A stretch of 64,000 nucleotides of DNA from Marsupella aquatica (GCA_973895155.1 OZ316896.1:16221652-16285651); one strand, 5' to 3'. Positions 1-13,183 are shown, numbered from the stretch's first letter. Made by a program: numbers and translations. Notes: generated by a model not told the origin, from the letters alone.

Positions 1-112
1 GCCGCAACTAAAGGCACATGAACTTTGTGCTTGACGTGGTGATGATGGCGGTCGCTGGTCAACAATGAAGGGAAATTGATATATGCTATGAGACAAATGT
101 GGAACTATTAAC

Positions 113-333
113 TCTTGCCTTATGGGGCATGTCAATGGTACCTCCACCCATTTTAAAATTTCCTCTTGCCTAAAGGGGCTAGTCAATGCTACCTCCCCCC
201 ATATTTTTAATTTTCTTAAATGGGTGCCATAAAGTCAATGGTAACACCCCCCATTATTTCTTTTCCTCTTGCCTAACGGAGCTAGTCAATGCTACCTCCC
301 CCCTCATTTTTAATTTTCTTAAATGGGTGCCAT
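113..333. repeat. Degenerate tandem repeat of about 50-bp units (about four copies, with a ~104-bp dimer period)
   Basis: Recurring ctcttgcct..gtcaatg(g/c)tacctcc..cattttt; tttttaattttcttaaatgggtgccata occurs twice. Confidence 0.7.
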
Positions 334-804
334 ACCACAAATCCGTATTGTTCAACAAGGACCCAACTTTGAGATGCCCTAATGTGACCAAGTACAATGG
401 TCACGGGCTGGGTACTAAAGGCTTTCCATGTTGTCCCGGAAGCGCATTTTAATTAGGGTTGTAGCCGACTTTAGGGTTTAGTGCGTCCTCGGAGGGAATG
501 AACCACCAACAAACAAACAGGTGACTAGAGTTGGGGACACCGTAGTCATATGCCCTCCATAGTTCTACGAAAGCAGCGAATTGCCCGACCTTCAGATGTA
601 CAGCTTCGATTTTTCCGGGGAAGAGGAAATGACGGGGTGGTGTGGCAATCCTTCAAAAAGTGTTTCATGACGTCAAGAAAACGGGTTTTTGAGAGTGAAG
701 TTCAAAACCTAGCCGATTTGGTTTTGATTGTGGATTTTGGGAAAAACTCTCTCCGGTTCTCTGCTATCGGTGACGCACCCACAGCAATCGCCTGGTTGAA
801 AGCA

Positions 805-1373
805 ATGTCGAAGAAGAACAAGAAGAGCACTCGCGCCAGGCTGCATAATTTTGAACTGAGTAGTGCGTATTACTTCCAGCTCCTACCATTCGACTCTTCT
901 CTTTGTGACTGTCCCTGGCAATTTCTCTTCAGCCGTTAGGTCTTCCGAATCAATTCCAGCTGATTGCGGGAGATATGGAGATTTAGAACCCTAGGTTTAT
1001 TTGAATTCCTTAGCAAGGAATTGACCTTTCTTTACAGTTGTTGGGGCGCGTGTATGGCATTAAGACTTGTTTCCTGATGTTTTGCAGAAGAGAAAGAGGC
1101 GCAAGAACTGAGGGCCAAGAAGTTGCAGAAGAAACAAATAAAGCTCAAGGTAATTATCTGAAAAGCCCACACGGATCATCTATCCTTCGTCATATATTCT
1201 AAGAGACAACAGCCGTCTGTGTGAAAAATTGAAGTGGTTTGCGATTTGCATTTCTTTTCCAGGTTAATATGAAGAAGGGTGTGAAGGTTGGGAAAAAAGT
1301 GAAATTCGGCTCGAAAAAACTGTCGAAATCCGAAAAATCTGCCGTAGTCAAGTCGATGGAGATTGATGGGTGA
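805..1373 (+). CDS. Small Lys-rich basic protein (76 aa), resembling an uncharacterised conserved plant family; 3 exons
   Basis: Exons 805-862, 1088-1149 and 1263-1373 with GT..AG introns join in frame: MSKKNKKSTRARLHNFELSKEKEAQELRAKKLQKKQIKLKVNMKKGVKVGKKVKFGSKKLSKSEKSAVVKSMEIDG*. Telobox-like TTAGGGTT motifs lie upstream (~454-480). The full gene is not visible in the ORF track. Confidence 0.8.
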
Positions 1374-2506
1374 ACGAATGTCACCTCTGTTGATTGAACC
1401 ATTCGCATGCTCTTCGGAGGATTTCAACCTGGCTCCTTCTGTGCATTGGCTGCTGGACTTTCCTTGTCCTCGACAAATCTACTAGGCATTGCCTCCTCAT
1501 CAGTTCTGTACAGATTTTTCCGAATGGGTCTGCTGCACAGGATGTCTGCCACTTCCTTGAAAATTAGCTCTAGTGTAACACAAGAAGTTATGCGGCCTAC
1601 TTTTGTGCATTCATATGTCCTGACCGGGCAGAGGATTTCAGTAGCTCTAACACATAGGCATAAGTCGGAGAGTGACTGTCGGTTTTGTTGAAGCTGGTGG
1701 GCTTTCAGAGGAGGCATGAAGTATTATTATGTGCCTTCACGAGGTGAAATTCATAATTTTCGTGGATACCGCTAGGTGTGTCTGCAAATGTAGCACAGTC
1801 CCACAGTGGGAACTTTCCCACATACATTTTGCGAGCTTATGGACTGCTAACAAGTCTCTGTGATTCGATCAATTGGACCAGTTGTAAGTTTGGATCGGCG
1901 AGGACGTGTTGCAAAGCTGAATCTGGAACTTTGCAATACTTCTGGTTACAGCCTCGTCTGTTACTTTTTACTATTTATGATTACACGAACCCAATTGCGT
2001 GTGCATTGTACAGCGTGTGCATTGTACAGTCGTAGTCTTCGGAAGGCTACTGCTATGGAAAGCGTCGGCAATTAGTGTGGCATGGAATCCGGTGGAAGTC
2101 GCCGAATTAACTCTGAAAGCTGGTAAATGGAGTCTTAAATCATTTCTTTGTCTGCTCGTTTTGAATGGTCAAGTATCTCGAACAGCCTTTTGAAACTAAT
2201 TACAGGCAAAGCTAGTTCTACTAGTTTGTGGATTGGGCCTCTGGAGACAAATCTTTTTCAGGGTTCTTTCCGGATCACGACCAAGTAGTGCAGATGCCCC
2301 ATCTTTGGCACATTTAGATGCGGCCGCTCCACCGTAGTAGACGTGTTTCGTTTCTGGAATGAAACCGATTGCTAACGTTTCGTTGCTTTGATCGATCACC
2401 CAATGGGTTGAGTGGGGCTCGGCAATTAGTAGTTGTAGCAGGTAAGGAATTATACATTCCATCCGAAGACCCAGGAGTGAATATCGACATGGGCAAGTTG
2501 ACTCTC

Positions 2507-2894
2507 TTGACCTTATTGAAATTTGCTTGTACTAGAGATGGTTTAATGCGAACAAAACTATCATCACCATTGCAATTGTTACCGAGCTCGTTTGGAAGTG
2601 ACTATTGATTGAAATGAGAGGGATCCAGCTGACGCAGTTGACTATTGATTGTAATAGGATTTTGAACGGGCCATTAGGGCAGAATTCAAAGTAATAGGTT
2701 GACCTTATTGAAATTTGCTTGTACTAGAGATGGTTTAATGCGAACAAAACTATCATCACCATTGCAATTGTTACCGAGCTCGTTTGGAAGTGACTATTGA
2801 TTGAAATGAGAGGGATCCAGCTGACGCAGTTGACTATTGATTGTAATAGGATTTTGAACGGGCCATTAGGGCAGAATTCAAAGTAATAGGTTGA
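2507..2894. repeat. Apparently exact 192-bp tandem duplication
   Basis: ttgaccttattgaaatttgcttg...caaagtaatagg occurs at 2507-2698 and 2699-2890, with TTGA microhomology at the junctions. Confidence 0.95.
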
Positions 2895-5800
2895 GAAGGT
2901 GAGTCAGCCAGCACTGGATAGATGAGCTCACGGAATCATTAAATATCATTCTCAAAAGGGATCGCAAACTATAGAACGAGAGTTAGAAAGGAAATGGAGC
3001 ACTTTGCGTCAAATTCCTGAGATTGCAAAGTGCAAAACCAAATGGAGCAGAGACGATTGCAAATGAACGATTGTCGAACCGCATCCCCTCTGCCAGAACG
3101 ACCTCCTGGAACCTGATGATCACCTTGTTGTTAGAGTCACGAGCTGCAGCTTCTATCTCATTACGTTCGATTCATGTTTAAGTTCAGAAATGAATCCAGA
3201 AATGAATCGTACATTGGAAGACCGTAAGCCTCACATGTCGAAAAGTTATGCGCTGCATAGCCTTAGATAAAAAGGATCCGTTGTCAGAACCCTAGTTGGA
3301 CACTGTGGAATGTTATGAGAAGTGGGCCCTCCTATGAAGTTGAAATGTGATGTAGAAAAGAGACGAATCGGTAAAGAGTAAAAAGAATCGAAATGTGGTG
3401 TAGCAAGGAATCGTATCGGTAGAGAATGAAGAAGGATTGGTCACTTATGAAACCATGGTGTACAGGTGCAAGGATTTAGGGTTTGAGTAATTTGAAGCGG
3501 GCCCTGGTAATTTGAAACGCACAAAATGGAGTGGCTGGTGCAGCAGCACCTGAGCGATTGTATAGAAAACAGCGACTAGCCCTTAGCGAAAGGCTGAACA
3601 GATTATTGAGCCAGAAATCGTGCCCCGACCAACGACCCACAGCCAGGTTCAGAAATTTAACCTATCAAAGGTGCAAGCAGGAGAAGAACCTCTTATAGTA
3701 GTTGCGCCTTTTTTGGGGAGGGAAATGTGTCCCCAGCTTGACGATGTGCTAACGAGGCTGAATTGAGATTTCAAAAGACACTGAATGCTGCTACATATGC
3801 TCTTCTTCCTACTACTGTACACGCAACCCAGTCTAGACTAATCTCTGACAAACATCAAATGAAATTCAATTGGACCTAATTGATTACGAATCCCAGCTGA
3901 GAAAACGACATCAGTTGAAATGAAAGTGAGACGCGACTGAGAGAAAGATTTGTTGGATGGCATCAATTTGGCGGCTACGTTTGGAAGGCTTTCAGCGCAA
4001 ATTCGGATAGTTTGCTTTTCCTGAATCAAACTTGACAACTTCTAGTGAATCTCTACATGTTCTCCAAAGCAAGCTAATGCACAGTCAAGCAGTTTCGTGT
4101 CCACAGAATCCAACAATCCGAAGTAATCTATCGTCTGCTCTTCGCCCTCCCTGGTGAATGGGTTATCCGTAAATTGAGAAGCATCGGGATTCCATGCAGC
4201 AAATCAAACCAGATTCTTACTCCTTACGCATACACTTACAGCTGCTTCCTTTCCTTGCCTCCCAGTTGTTGGATTCCACCTCCTCAAACCTCTTGATGTC
4301 CATGCCAGAGATGACTGCCCAACCATTGAGGATTTTCTAGCAAAACTTCTTTCACAGCTTTCACCTAATCTACACTCCCTTCACAGTTTCCTATCGGCAG
4401 CAACGGATCCGAGAAAATCAGGGACCATCGTAGCTGAAACCGGAGCCATCACCAACAAGAAGAAGAACAGCAGCCGATTTTGACAGTGCTCACACCTGGT
4501 TTGCAGCAGACTGCAAGGGTTGTCGTTCGTCACACCCTACGGCTGCGTGTTGATCTGTGGGTAGAGCATCGCAATGGTGTCGAATAAGTATATCCTTATG
4601 GCAAAGGTGTCTGATAAGTATATCCCCTTAGGGTGGCTTTACAGAAAGTTGGGTTGCTTTTGAACTTTTTTGTGGTCTCCAATATATGATCATCAACCTT
4701 TTTTTCTGGCTCCAATATGTGATCAGGGCCATCCATTTGGGAGAAAGGGTTGCAGTTCACTTTACAAAATGTTTGGGGCACTTTCAACCTAGCCTGTTGT
4801 GGATCCTACATGGAATGGAGTGGGGGCCCCAATTTAGATTTTGTGGAACACATTTTTGTCCCAGATTTTAGACCACCTATCTTGGAGTCTCCTCAACTGG
4901 CGGCTTGGTCTATTCCTATTTTGAGTCTTTTACATTAAAAGTGTACCCTTATGCCTTTTGTCAGATCCCCTCTTGTGGGAACAAGAAAAGCCTTAGCCAA
5001 AGAACTATATGACTTTTAGGTGAAGTGGGTACCCAACTTGTCTCCTAGCAGACTGTTTTAACATGGTTTGCTCCACTTTGCTTTACAAGACATTTGGCGC
5101 AATAAAATGATTATAAACTCTCCTTTCGCCAGGTACACTGTCTTTAGGATGTTAAATGGCTGACAAAATAGCTTCGGTAAAAGGCACCCAAATTTCCCCC
5201 AAGGTCTTGTAAAGCCACCGTTAGTATTACATAGCACGGTGCCAAAAAAACAAATGGGGCCAAGCTGCCAAATTTTAAAAGGTACCATATCCCTTAATAT
5301 AATATAGCAAAGTGTCAAAAACAAAAACAAAAGGCCCCCATCCTGGGGTAGACCCTAAACACAAGCACAACACTCAATAAAGGGGAGGCAACAAGGAAAA
5401 ACCTAGAAAGAGCCAAAAGCCTGGGAGTCCCGAGAAAAGTCTCCCACAACAAGAAACTAAAAACCTACAACCCTACCTATCATTAGATTGAAAGCCTGGT
5501 AGAGCTCCAGGGTCAACTCCATAGCATAATCCTGGAGAGTGTTTGACTAGAGGCAGTGAAATCTAGGTCCACGATGCCACAAGCAAAGATACAAGTCTGG
5601 TTTCTTAGATCAAAGAATGAGATCATATGCTGATAATTATTGATGACATTCTGTACTTTAAACCAACACTACTCTAATTAGTTACTTGATCTTTTTGGGT
5701 TTTCATGATATTGGTTCTGCTATAGGAGTCTGCTAGCATTCTAAGATGCATCAAAAGAGTTTTCAGCCGTGATATTGTTGTCTCAAGCGTGTTTGGCTGA

Positions 5801-7262
5801 GAGTTTTTATGTTGCTACCTACCTTGGGGACCTCCCTACTAAATAAATTTGAAGAAAAATGGATATCCCAAAACTTCTTGATGAACGTCATCAAACAATC
5901 GAATGAAAAGGACTGAAAGGAAACAGCAAAAAAAGTGAAAAGCCTGGTCAGACACAAAAGTTGACCAGGTGCTTGCCTTGGATGGACTTATAGACCCCAA
6001 TAGACACAAACCAAACCTATTAAATGTGACAAACAGGGTGGGGCAGGGGAAGTGTCCTGCCTGGCTTGCTTTGCAAGGTCAGGTGTAGGGGTAGTGTTGG
6101 TGTATGGAAAGCAACCCTAATAAGAAGCTATGGGTGACGGTTTGACTGGTCAATGAACTTTCATTGTTCCACTTGGTGAACTAACCTTTGTCTATGAAAG
6201 TTCATCCTTTCAATAAGGACTGATGGGTAACACTTAGCAGTTTGTATTTTGGCAAATTTTTACCTAATTCCCAAGATTTGGGTTTGGCTAATTATACAAT
6301 ACAAAAAAACATTGAGTTTTTTTTGGTCCAAATTCTGAGCCTTCATTTTTGCTTTGAGACCCTGATAATTAGCAGATCCAATGATAATCCTTAAGTATTG
6401 GATAATATAGTGGTGCAATTAAATTTATCACACATGTCTCTCCTTGGCAGACCTTATGCTCTCAATAGTGTGAAAGCGGGTGTGTGTAGCACTACAAGGA
6501 CTCAACATTCATTATTCTTTGTAGGGCCAAGGCTGTTGGTTTTAGGGTCTCTAGACAAATTACTCTTTGTGACTCTCCTATGCGGTTTACTCTAGAGCTT
6601 TGCCAAGCTTTTCAGTTGCTCCTAGGGTTTTAGTTCTTGTACCATTGTAGGGAACTCTCTGGCTTTTTGGTGTCTTTGGCCTTTCCCCTTGTTTTCTTCC
6701 TTTTGGGTGTCTTTTGCTTTTGAGTTCATGTTCTTCCTTTTGGGCACATTTTGTTTTGTGGCAACCTAAACACAACAGTATGCAATCCGACGCTTTCCTT
6801 CTCAAGGTCTGTATACAAAATGACCTTCTCCTTGGCCATTTGATTATAGTGACAACTTTTCCTAGCCATGAGATAGTCCTTATTGTGCCAATATGCACCT
6901 TTTTAGTGCCCAACCTCTCACTCTCACTACAAATTGTACACTCCTTGAAATCCAGGTGCTAGGCAGGTAACCTGCAAGGTCTAACTACCTGACCATCTCA
7001 GTTTTGCTCAACATCACTTACTATGAACAACTGTGCAATGCACATACATTGGACTAATTATGCATACTCTGCAAAACTCGGTGATAAGTTGACACTTGAT
7101 CAGGATCTCTTTACACCGAGACCACAAAATGGAAACAATGTATTAGAGACCACTCAGCAAACCAAGCGAGTATCTTGGTTTGTGTTATGGTAGGTGTAGA
7201 TCCAACCTCGGGCCTCCCCAAATGGCCCTAAACTTGGACCCACACTAAAAACCCTAGCCACG

Positions 7263-8200
7263 TGGATGGGTGTCAGTTTGCTGTGCCGACTACTTTTACA
7301 CTGTGCTAAACACTGAATGGTTGACAATTTGCCATGCCAGCTAGCTTTTTATCCTGTGCTAAACACTGGATGGGTGACAGTTTGCTGAGCCAGCTAGCTT
7401 TTACAAGGTGTGCTAAACACTGGATGGGTGACAATTTGCTGTGCCGGCTAGCTATTACATTGTGCTAAACATTGGATGGGTGACGGTTTGCCTTGCGGGT
7501 TAGCTTTCACACTGTGCTAAACACTGGATGGGTGACAGTTTGCCCGCGCAGGTTAGCTTTCACACTGTGCTAAACACTGGATGGGTGACAGTTTGCTCGC
7601 GCAGGTTAGCTTTCACACTGTGCTAAACACTGGATGACAGATTGTCTTGTCTGTTAGCTTTCACACTGAGTGTGCTAAACACTGGATGGGTGACAGTTTG
7701 CCCGTGCAGGTTAGCTTTCACACTGTGCTAAAGAGTGGATGGGTGACAGTTTGCCGTGTCGGTTAGCTTTGACACTGTGTTAAACACTGGATAGGTGACA
7801 GTTTGCCCGTGCAGGTTAGCTTTGACACTGTGCTCAACACAGAATGGGTGACAGTTTGCCGTGCCGACTAGCTTTTATACTCTGCTAAACACTGGATGAG
7901 TGACAGTTTGCCCGTGCAAGTTAGCTTTTACACTCTGCTAAACACTAGATGGGTGATAGTTTGTCGTCCTGACTAGCATTTACACTGCTAAATGCTGGAT
8001 GGGTGACAATTTGCCATGCCAGCTAGTTTTTTACAATGTGCTAAACATTCCATGTGTGACAGTTTGCCTGTGCCTGTTAGCTTTTACACTCTCCTAAAGA
8101 CTGGATGGGTGACAGTTTGCCGTGCCAGTTAGCTTTTACACTCTCCTAAAGACTGGATGGGTGACAGTTTGCCGTGCCAGTTAGCTTTTACAGGGTGCTA
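7263..8200. repeat. Minisatellite, about 18 copies of a ~52-53-bp unit
   Basis: Consensus TGGATGGGTGACAGTTTGCCGTGCCAGTTAGCTTTTACACTGTGCTAAACAC; unit starts at about 7263, 7314, 7367, 7421, 7473, 7525 ... 8102, 8154. Confidence 0.97.
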
Positions 8201-8813
8201 CTTTACTGAAAGGTAACCCGGACGGCAATCATTCAGTCTCCCTCCACTCCAGTCATTCATCCCGATTGGTGTCATTCATCCCGATTGGTTCTCTCTCTCT
8301 GTGTCTCTCCTCGTCGTTCACCTCGATGCATCGCTGAACGAAATCAAGGGATCCACTTCGCTTTGTGTGAAGCAAGGTCGACCTCTTCCCGTCGTCCGTC
8401 CTGTCGCTCTGCCGGGAGTCAGAGTCCATGTTTGGAAGGCAAACAGCAACAAACTAAAAACGCTGGACCTCGAGTAGGGCGAAGATCTCCGCTGTGGAAT
8501 TTGGGTTTTGTGGAATTTGAGTGATTGCACCGGCAGTTTGGGTGTGGGACGGAGCGGAATTCGATCTGGAGGTTTTGGAGAGAGGCGTCGCGGGTAGGAC
8601 GCCTTCTCATCGAAGGTGCAGTTAGGTTGCCGTGGGCAGGATCGTTGCGGGAGATTGGCGGAATGGAAGCCGTGGAATGTGAACGAGGGATGTCTCCGGA
8701 GTGCGTCCATTTTCTTTAGTTCGCTACTGTACTGTTGTTTCTCAAGGGCCTATTCCCGCCGGAATTCCATTAGATCGAGTTAAAGGGCGAAAGAGGGGCG
8801 TCGGGGAGCAGCA

Positions 8814-9350
8814 ATGAGGATGCTGGCTGAGGTAATGGCTGCCGGCGTGCATGCATCAGACAGTAAAGCCCTGAACACCGCGCAAGATGGGACTGTATCG
8901 TTCTTCTCGAATACTCCCATTGTGGCTGCGTTCTTCTCGTTCGCCTTGGCCCAGAGTCTGAAGGTCTTCATGACCTGGTACAAGGAGAAGCGTTTGGATT
9001 GGGGTCGTCTTCTTGGCCCAGGGGGGATGCCTTCTTCCCACTCCGCAACAGTGATGGCTTTGGTGGTTTCAATTGGCTTGAGGGATGGTCCTGGGAGTTC
9101 TATGTTTGCTATAGCTCTTGTGCTTGCCGGAGTTGTCATGTATGATGCATCTGGTGTCCGACTACAAGCTGGTCGTCAGGCGGAGGTGTTGAATCAGATT
9201 CTTTGCGAGCTGCCTCCAGAGCACCCACTGTTTGACTCCAGGCCTCTTCGAGACATGCTTGGCCATACGCCTATTCAGGTGGCTGCCGGGGCCGTGCTGG
9301 GCTGTGTGCTGGCCTTCATGCTTCACCTCCTTGAGTATGTCGCCCGTTGA
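8814..9350 (+). CDS. Acid phosphatase/vanadium-dependent haloperoxidase-related membrane protein (DUF212, YuiD-like), single coding exon, 178 aa
   Basis: Family motifs GGMPSSHSA, VMYDASGVRLQAGRQAEVLNQI and LGHTPIQV; hydrophobic segments. Confidence 0.95.
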   Translation: MRMLAEVMAAGVHASDSKALNTAQDGTVSFFSNTPIVAAFFSFALAQSLKVFMTWYKEKRLDWGRLLGPGGMPSSHSATVMALVVSIGLRDGPGSSMFAIALVLAGVVMYDASGVRLQAGRQAEVLNQILCELPPEHPLFDSRPLRDMLGHTPIQVAAGAVLGCVLAFMLHLLEYVAR

Positions 9351-11322
9351 TTGTTGCTCAAGTGGAGTATGGCACGAGTTCTTCAGGCATGAAGCATTAA
9401 TTCAGGTGGGTTCCAGAGTTTGGATGGACTTCAATCGTGATTATGAGGGCCTCTTTTGTCTCCGCCACTTACGTGGGTTTTCAACCTAGATTGAAGCCGC
9501 CCTAGATCTAATTCTGTTGCCGCTTAAGTTTCCATAAGCTATCAAACTAGACTACTTGAAGCGGTCCTGTTTAAAGGACTTGATCACCTTTCAATTGATA
9601 CTTCAGGTTTCGTAGATTTGGAGGCTTTTGCTGGTCATGCAACTACAGCGCTGGTGTAGTGCTTTTTACTCCCAATCTTGGGTGTTGCATCCCATTCCGT
9701 AGCTACTGTTGTACATTCGATTCCCTGTGTTCAATTGGAGAGCACAATAGTGAAATTGTAAATCATGAAGTTTAACTTACGCTGGGTACTTTCGTACCGT
9801 GCTTTCACATGTGTTTAGTTGTCGTAAGATTGTAATCCTATCATCTAAGTCTTCTTAACAAAGCATACTTGTGTTAAGTTGGAAGCCAATTGTAATCTTA
9901 ATCTTGTAAGTCTTCTGAACACAAACATACTTGAGTTAAGTTGGAAGGTAATTCTAAGACTTCTCAACAAAATCATGTGTGTTGGAAGGCATAATTGTAA
10001 GATTTTTAATTTCTTTCTTCGAAGTCCTCTGAACAAAAGTTTACTATCGCTGGTTTGAGATCTTGTATACAACCTGTTCATTTGAGAGCATTGTTGCCAC
10101 TGTAAATCACGAATAAGGAGCTTGCACAGGAAAAGTTTGGATGGTGATAGAATTACGTGGAACGCATCAATTAAATCTCTTTCATGCAGCGACAATTTTT
10201 ACTTGATTCTTTCAATTTAACGTAGTCTTCGGAAACAACCGTCAAGGATTTAGGTCTTTTTTCAAGACATCTCGAGCTTATTACAGAGACCGTCAGATAG
10301 TTGGACCTTCAGGAAGTCAGACCTGAAATGTGCCTTCCGGCAATAACTTATGCTAGCTACTTTCGCGCACTCTTTTAAATGTGCTCAGATGGAAGGCACA
10401 ATATTAAGCTTCTAAACCAAAGCATATGTTCGTGGTGTGATGCCTTGTATTCATTTCTGTTCACGAGTACGAAGTCTGTCAAAGGAAATCATTTGATGCG
10501 AACATAATGCCGTGGGAGGCATCAACCAAACGTTTCTTCTGCAGAGACAATTTTTACATGACTTTTCCACTTAAATGGTACTCATCTGAACTAAACCTAA
10601 CAAATTTTGGGATAAAGGACGACTCTACCAGAGACATCTAGAGCTTATTACAGATACCCCAGATAGTCGACAGTCAGCAAGTCAGAGATTTGACATGCGC
10701 CCTTCAAACTCTCATGGAAGTCAATTGTTTCATTTTGGCTTCCTCCCTACAACTTTTCGAAACCCATTGAACAACTGTCTGTTACATTAAAAACTTGTCG
10801 ACAATCAGAGTGCCTCAACATCAGCCCACTACATTCAGCTATCGAGTTTCGTCGTTCCCTTCCAATAATGTAGCACTTCTGAACCTTCCCCTAGCTTCCC
10901 AGACTACAAGAAGTCTTCAATTATCCAAGATTGGATCCCCAATGATTCCAACTTCCACATGCAATAGCCGCAAGGATCCCCATGATTCCAACTTCTCAGT
11001 CCATAATACCTGCTCTTTTCTCTTTCTGCATCTCTCATAAGACTTGGTACTGTCCCAAAAGTGGACAACGTAGGCCGTCAACAGACTCAATTTTTCCGGA
11101 TCCAGATTAAATCCGTATTGCTCATATCAGAGGGCCCCGAAGAAAGAAAGTATGCCACAACTGTGGATTGGGTCAAAGAATGTGAAGTCTGCCAGAACCA
11201 GATTAACTTCATCTGCCAACGAAATCGCCAATTACCACCAACTTAGATATATGTTTCCTATAAGGAGTACATCAAACGCCCAGCGAGGCGATAGTGCTGC
11301 TTAAATCGGAAAAATTCCATAC

Positions 11323-12309
11323 TTAATCTCTCCACCGATACCCACAATTAGGGTTACAACACACGAAGAACAGAGTCATTCCCTCTTCTCCTCTAGTTGT
11401 TGCCTGCAGTCATTGATGTCCAACAGCATCGAGTCAGGGGATCTTCACTAGAGCTCTTGGTTCTTTGGGCCAAAGTTGAATGTAAAAGACTTATAGAGTT
11501 TGACAGATCACGGCAATTGCAGCAAACGCTCACGAATTTGCAAGACAAAAATTAGGGTTTACGGTCAAGGGTTGCCAGTAAAATCAGCCAGCAATCTGAG
11601 CTAACAGGCTGGAAAAAGTAACATATTAGACAAATTGCTATAGAACGTTCAGGGCGCTGGTCTCCTGCCATCCATTATTAAATTGTAGAGACTCGAATAG
11701 TAGGAAAACTGTACCTGGAAGAACACAGCTTCTCCATGCTGGCAATTGGCACACCGCACAGACTTGGTGCGAGGGAGAGTAGGATCTGACGCCACATCTT
11801 GAAGCACCTGGGTGCGCTCATCAGCACTGTGATGGACCTCGTTGCGGTAGACACAGTTATTGTCAGCGACTTCCTGCCAAACCCCAAGCAAGCAGCATAT
11901 CAACAGCACCCTGTGGTTAATCGAAGAAATCCCTTCATCCAGAACTTAAAACATACTTCAGCTTGTACAATTCCGCCAACTGAGACTTCCCCTTCCTTAG
12001 TTATGTCATCCAATTTGCCTCATTCATTCTGAAATGATGGACCTTTAGTGAAAAAAGCTCTAAGTCGTACCTGATGGTCACAATTCCTGCACGCATAGAG
12101 AAGAATCTTCTGATCCCGGTCCTCTCGCGGGTACAAAATGTTGTTGCTGAACGAAAGGCAACAACCAACGCACGGCCTCAGCACAATTCAGCTGAACGAG
12201 GATAGGGTTAGACTGAACTTCGGCACATTTCCGTAGATGAGATCTCAAGAAACAGTGACTGGAGAGGTCAGAAAGCGCACCACTCGCGGCAAAATTTCAT
12301 GGTACTCAT
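11323..12309 (-). CDS. NRPB9: DNA-directed RNA polymerase II/IV/V subunit 9 (114 aa); 4 exons
   Basis: Exons 12309-12281, 12146-12071, 11873-11715 and 11403-11323 give [48 protein letters not shown]...[50 protein letters not shown]; two Zn ribbons. Confidence 0.97.
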
Positions 12310-12470
12310 GATTGCAAACTGTTGTCCGAAGAGCCCGCGGGCAAGCTTGAACGAGCCCGAGACAATGGATCCCGACACAATCCCTCTCGCTCTCGCTTCC
12401 TCTGGGTGCGAGTCTAGTGTGTCCCAACTGATTGGATTGACGGCCTAAAGCAGACACCTCAGAAACCCGC

Positions 12471-12686
12471 CACCAGTGACTCGCGAGAAGATGATTTGTG
12501 ATCAGCGATGGCGTTGAATTCCACTTCCGACTGCTCTGTGTTCGGTACTGAAGTTCTTAAATGAAACAATCTTCGAGCGCACCACTGGTGATTCCGGAGA
12601 AGATGATTTATAATCAGCGATGGTGTTGAATTCCGCGTCCGTCTGCTCTCTTTTCTGTACTGGAGTTCGAAAATGAAACAATTTCC
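12471..12686. repeat. Diverged ~110-bp tandem duplication in the NRPB9 upstream region
   Basis: gagaagatgattt..atcagcgatgg.gttgaattcc...aaatgaaacaat is present twice. Confidence 0.8.
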
Positions 12687-13071
12687 AAGCTCTCGTCAGA
12701 GTATAAGTTGAGCTTCGTGGGAAGTCTCCCCTCTAAGTGCACACTCCATAAGTGAAACCCCTGGATAACTGCAAGACATCCCGTTCTTCCCGTTTTTCCC
12801 CACTGAGTTTGCACCTTCTCTTAGTGTAGACAGGCCAAAAGACTTTCTCTAAACGACAAAAAATTAAGTACAAATCCCTGATAACTGTACATGCACACTT
12901 ATGGGTAGGCACAAAAGTTAAGGGGTTTGCTCTAAAACCCCCATGGATTTCCAAAGCCGGTACGGACTAACTCAGTTTACAGTTTTTACTAAACAATGTG
13001 ACCTGTAAACGTGATACTGACCAGTTGCAACTTGTTTCCATTTTTACATATAGGATAAGGCAGGTCTGGTT

Positions 13072-13183
13072 TGGGGTTGATAGTCTCTAACCCTGTGACC
13101 TAAAAGTGAAGAAAACCTGACTGGTGGCAGTGGGGAAGATTTTCTGAACTTCTTGGTGCAGGGTTCAAGTTCAAACCCCTGCC
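13072..13183 (+). mobile_element. Dispersed repeat, copy 1 (second copy at ~31847-31955); possibly a SINE or other TE fragment
   Basis: ggggttgatagtctctaaccctgtgacctaaaagtgaagaaaacctgactggtggcagtggggaagattttctga aligns with ggggttaataatctctaatcctatgaccagaaagtgaagaaaaacttaatggtggcaactgggaagcttttctga. Confidence 0.6.

Noticed and set aside
1424-4500. Possible minus-strand gene or transposase
   Set aside because: Only short ORF pieces with stops; I found no consistent splice model or family motif.
7510-7835. RSS heptamer CACTGTG in the repeat units (Transib/RAG-like signal)
   Set aside because: No nonamer at 12/23 spacing and no transposase nearby.
7263-8200. CRISPR-like array
   Set aside because: The variable parts are only ~8 nt and related to each other, so they are not unique spacers. 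There are no cas genes and the context is plant nuclear DNA.
12471-12686. Tandem C/D-box snoRNAs
   Set aside because: Box C is imperfect (ATGATT) and the second copy lacks CTGA at the matching position; I recognised no rRNA guide.
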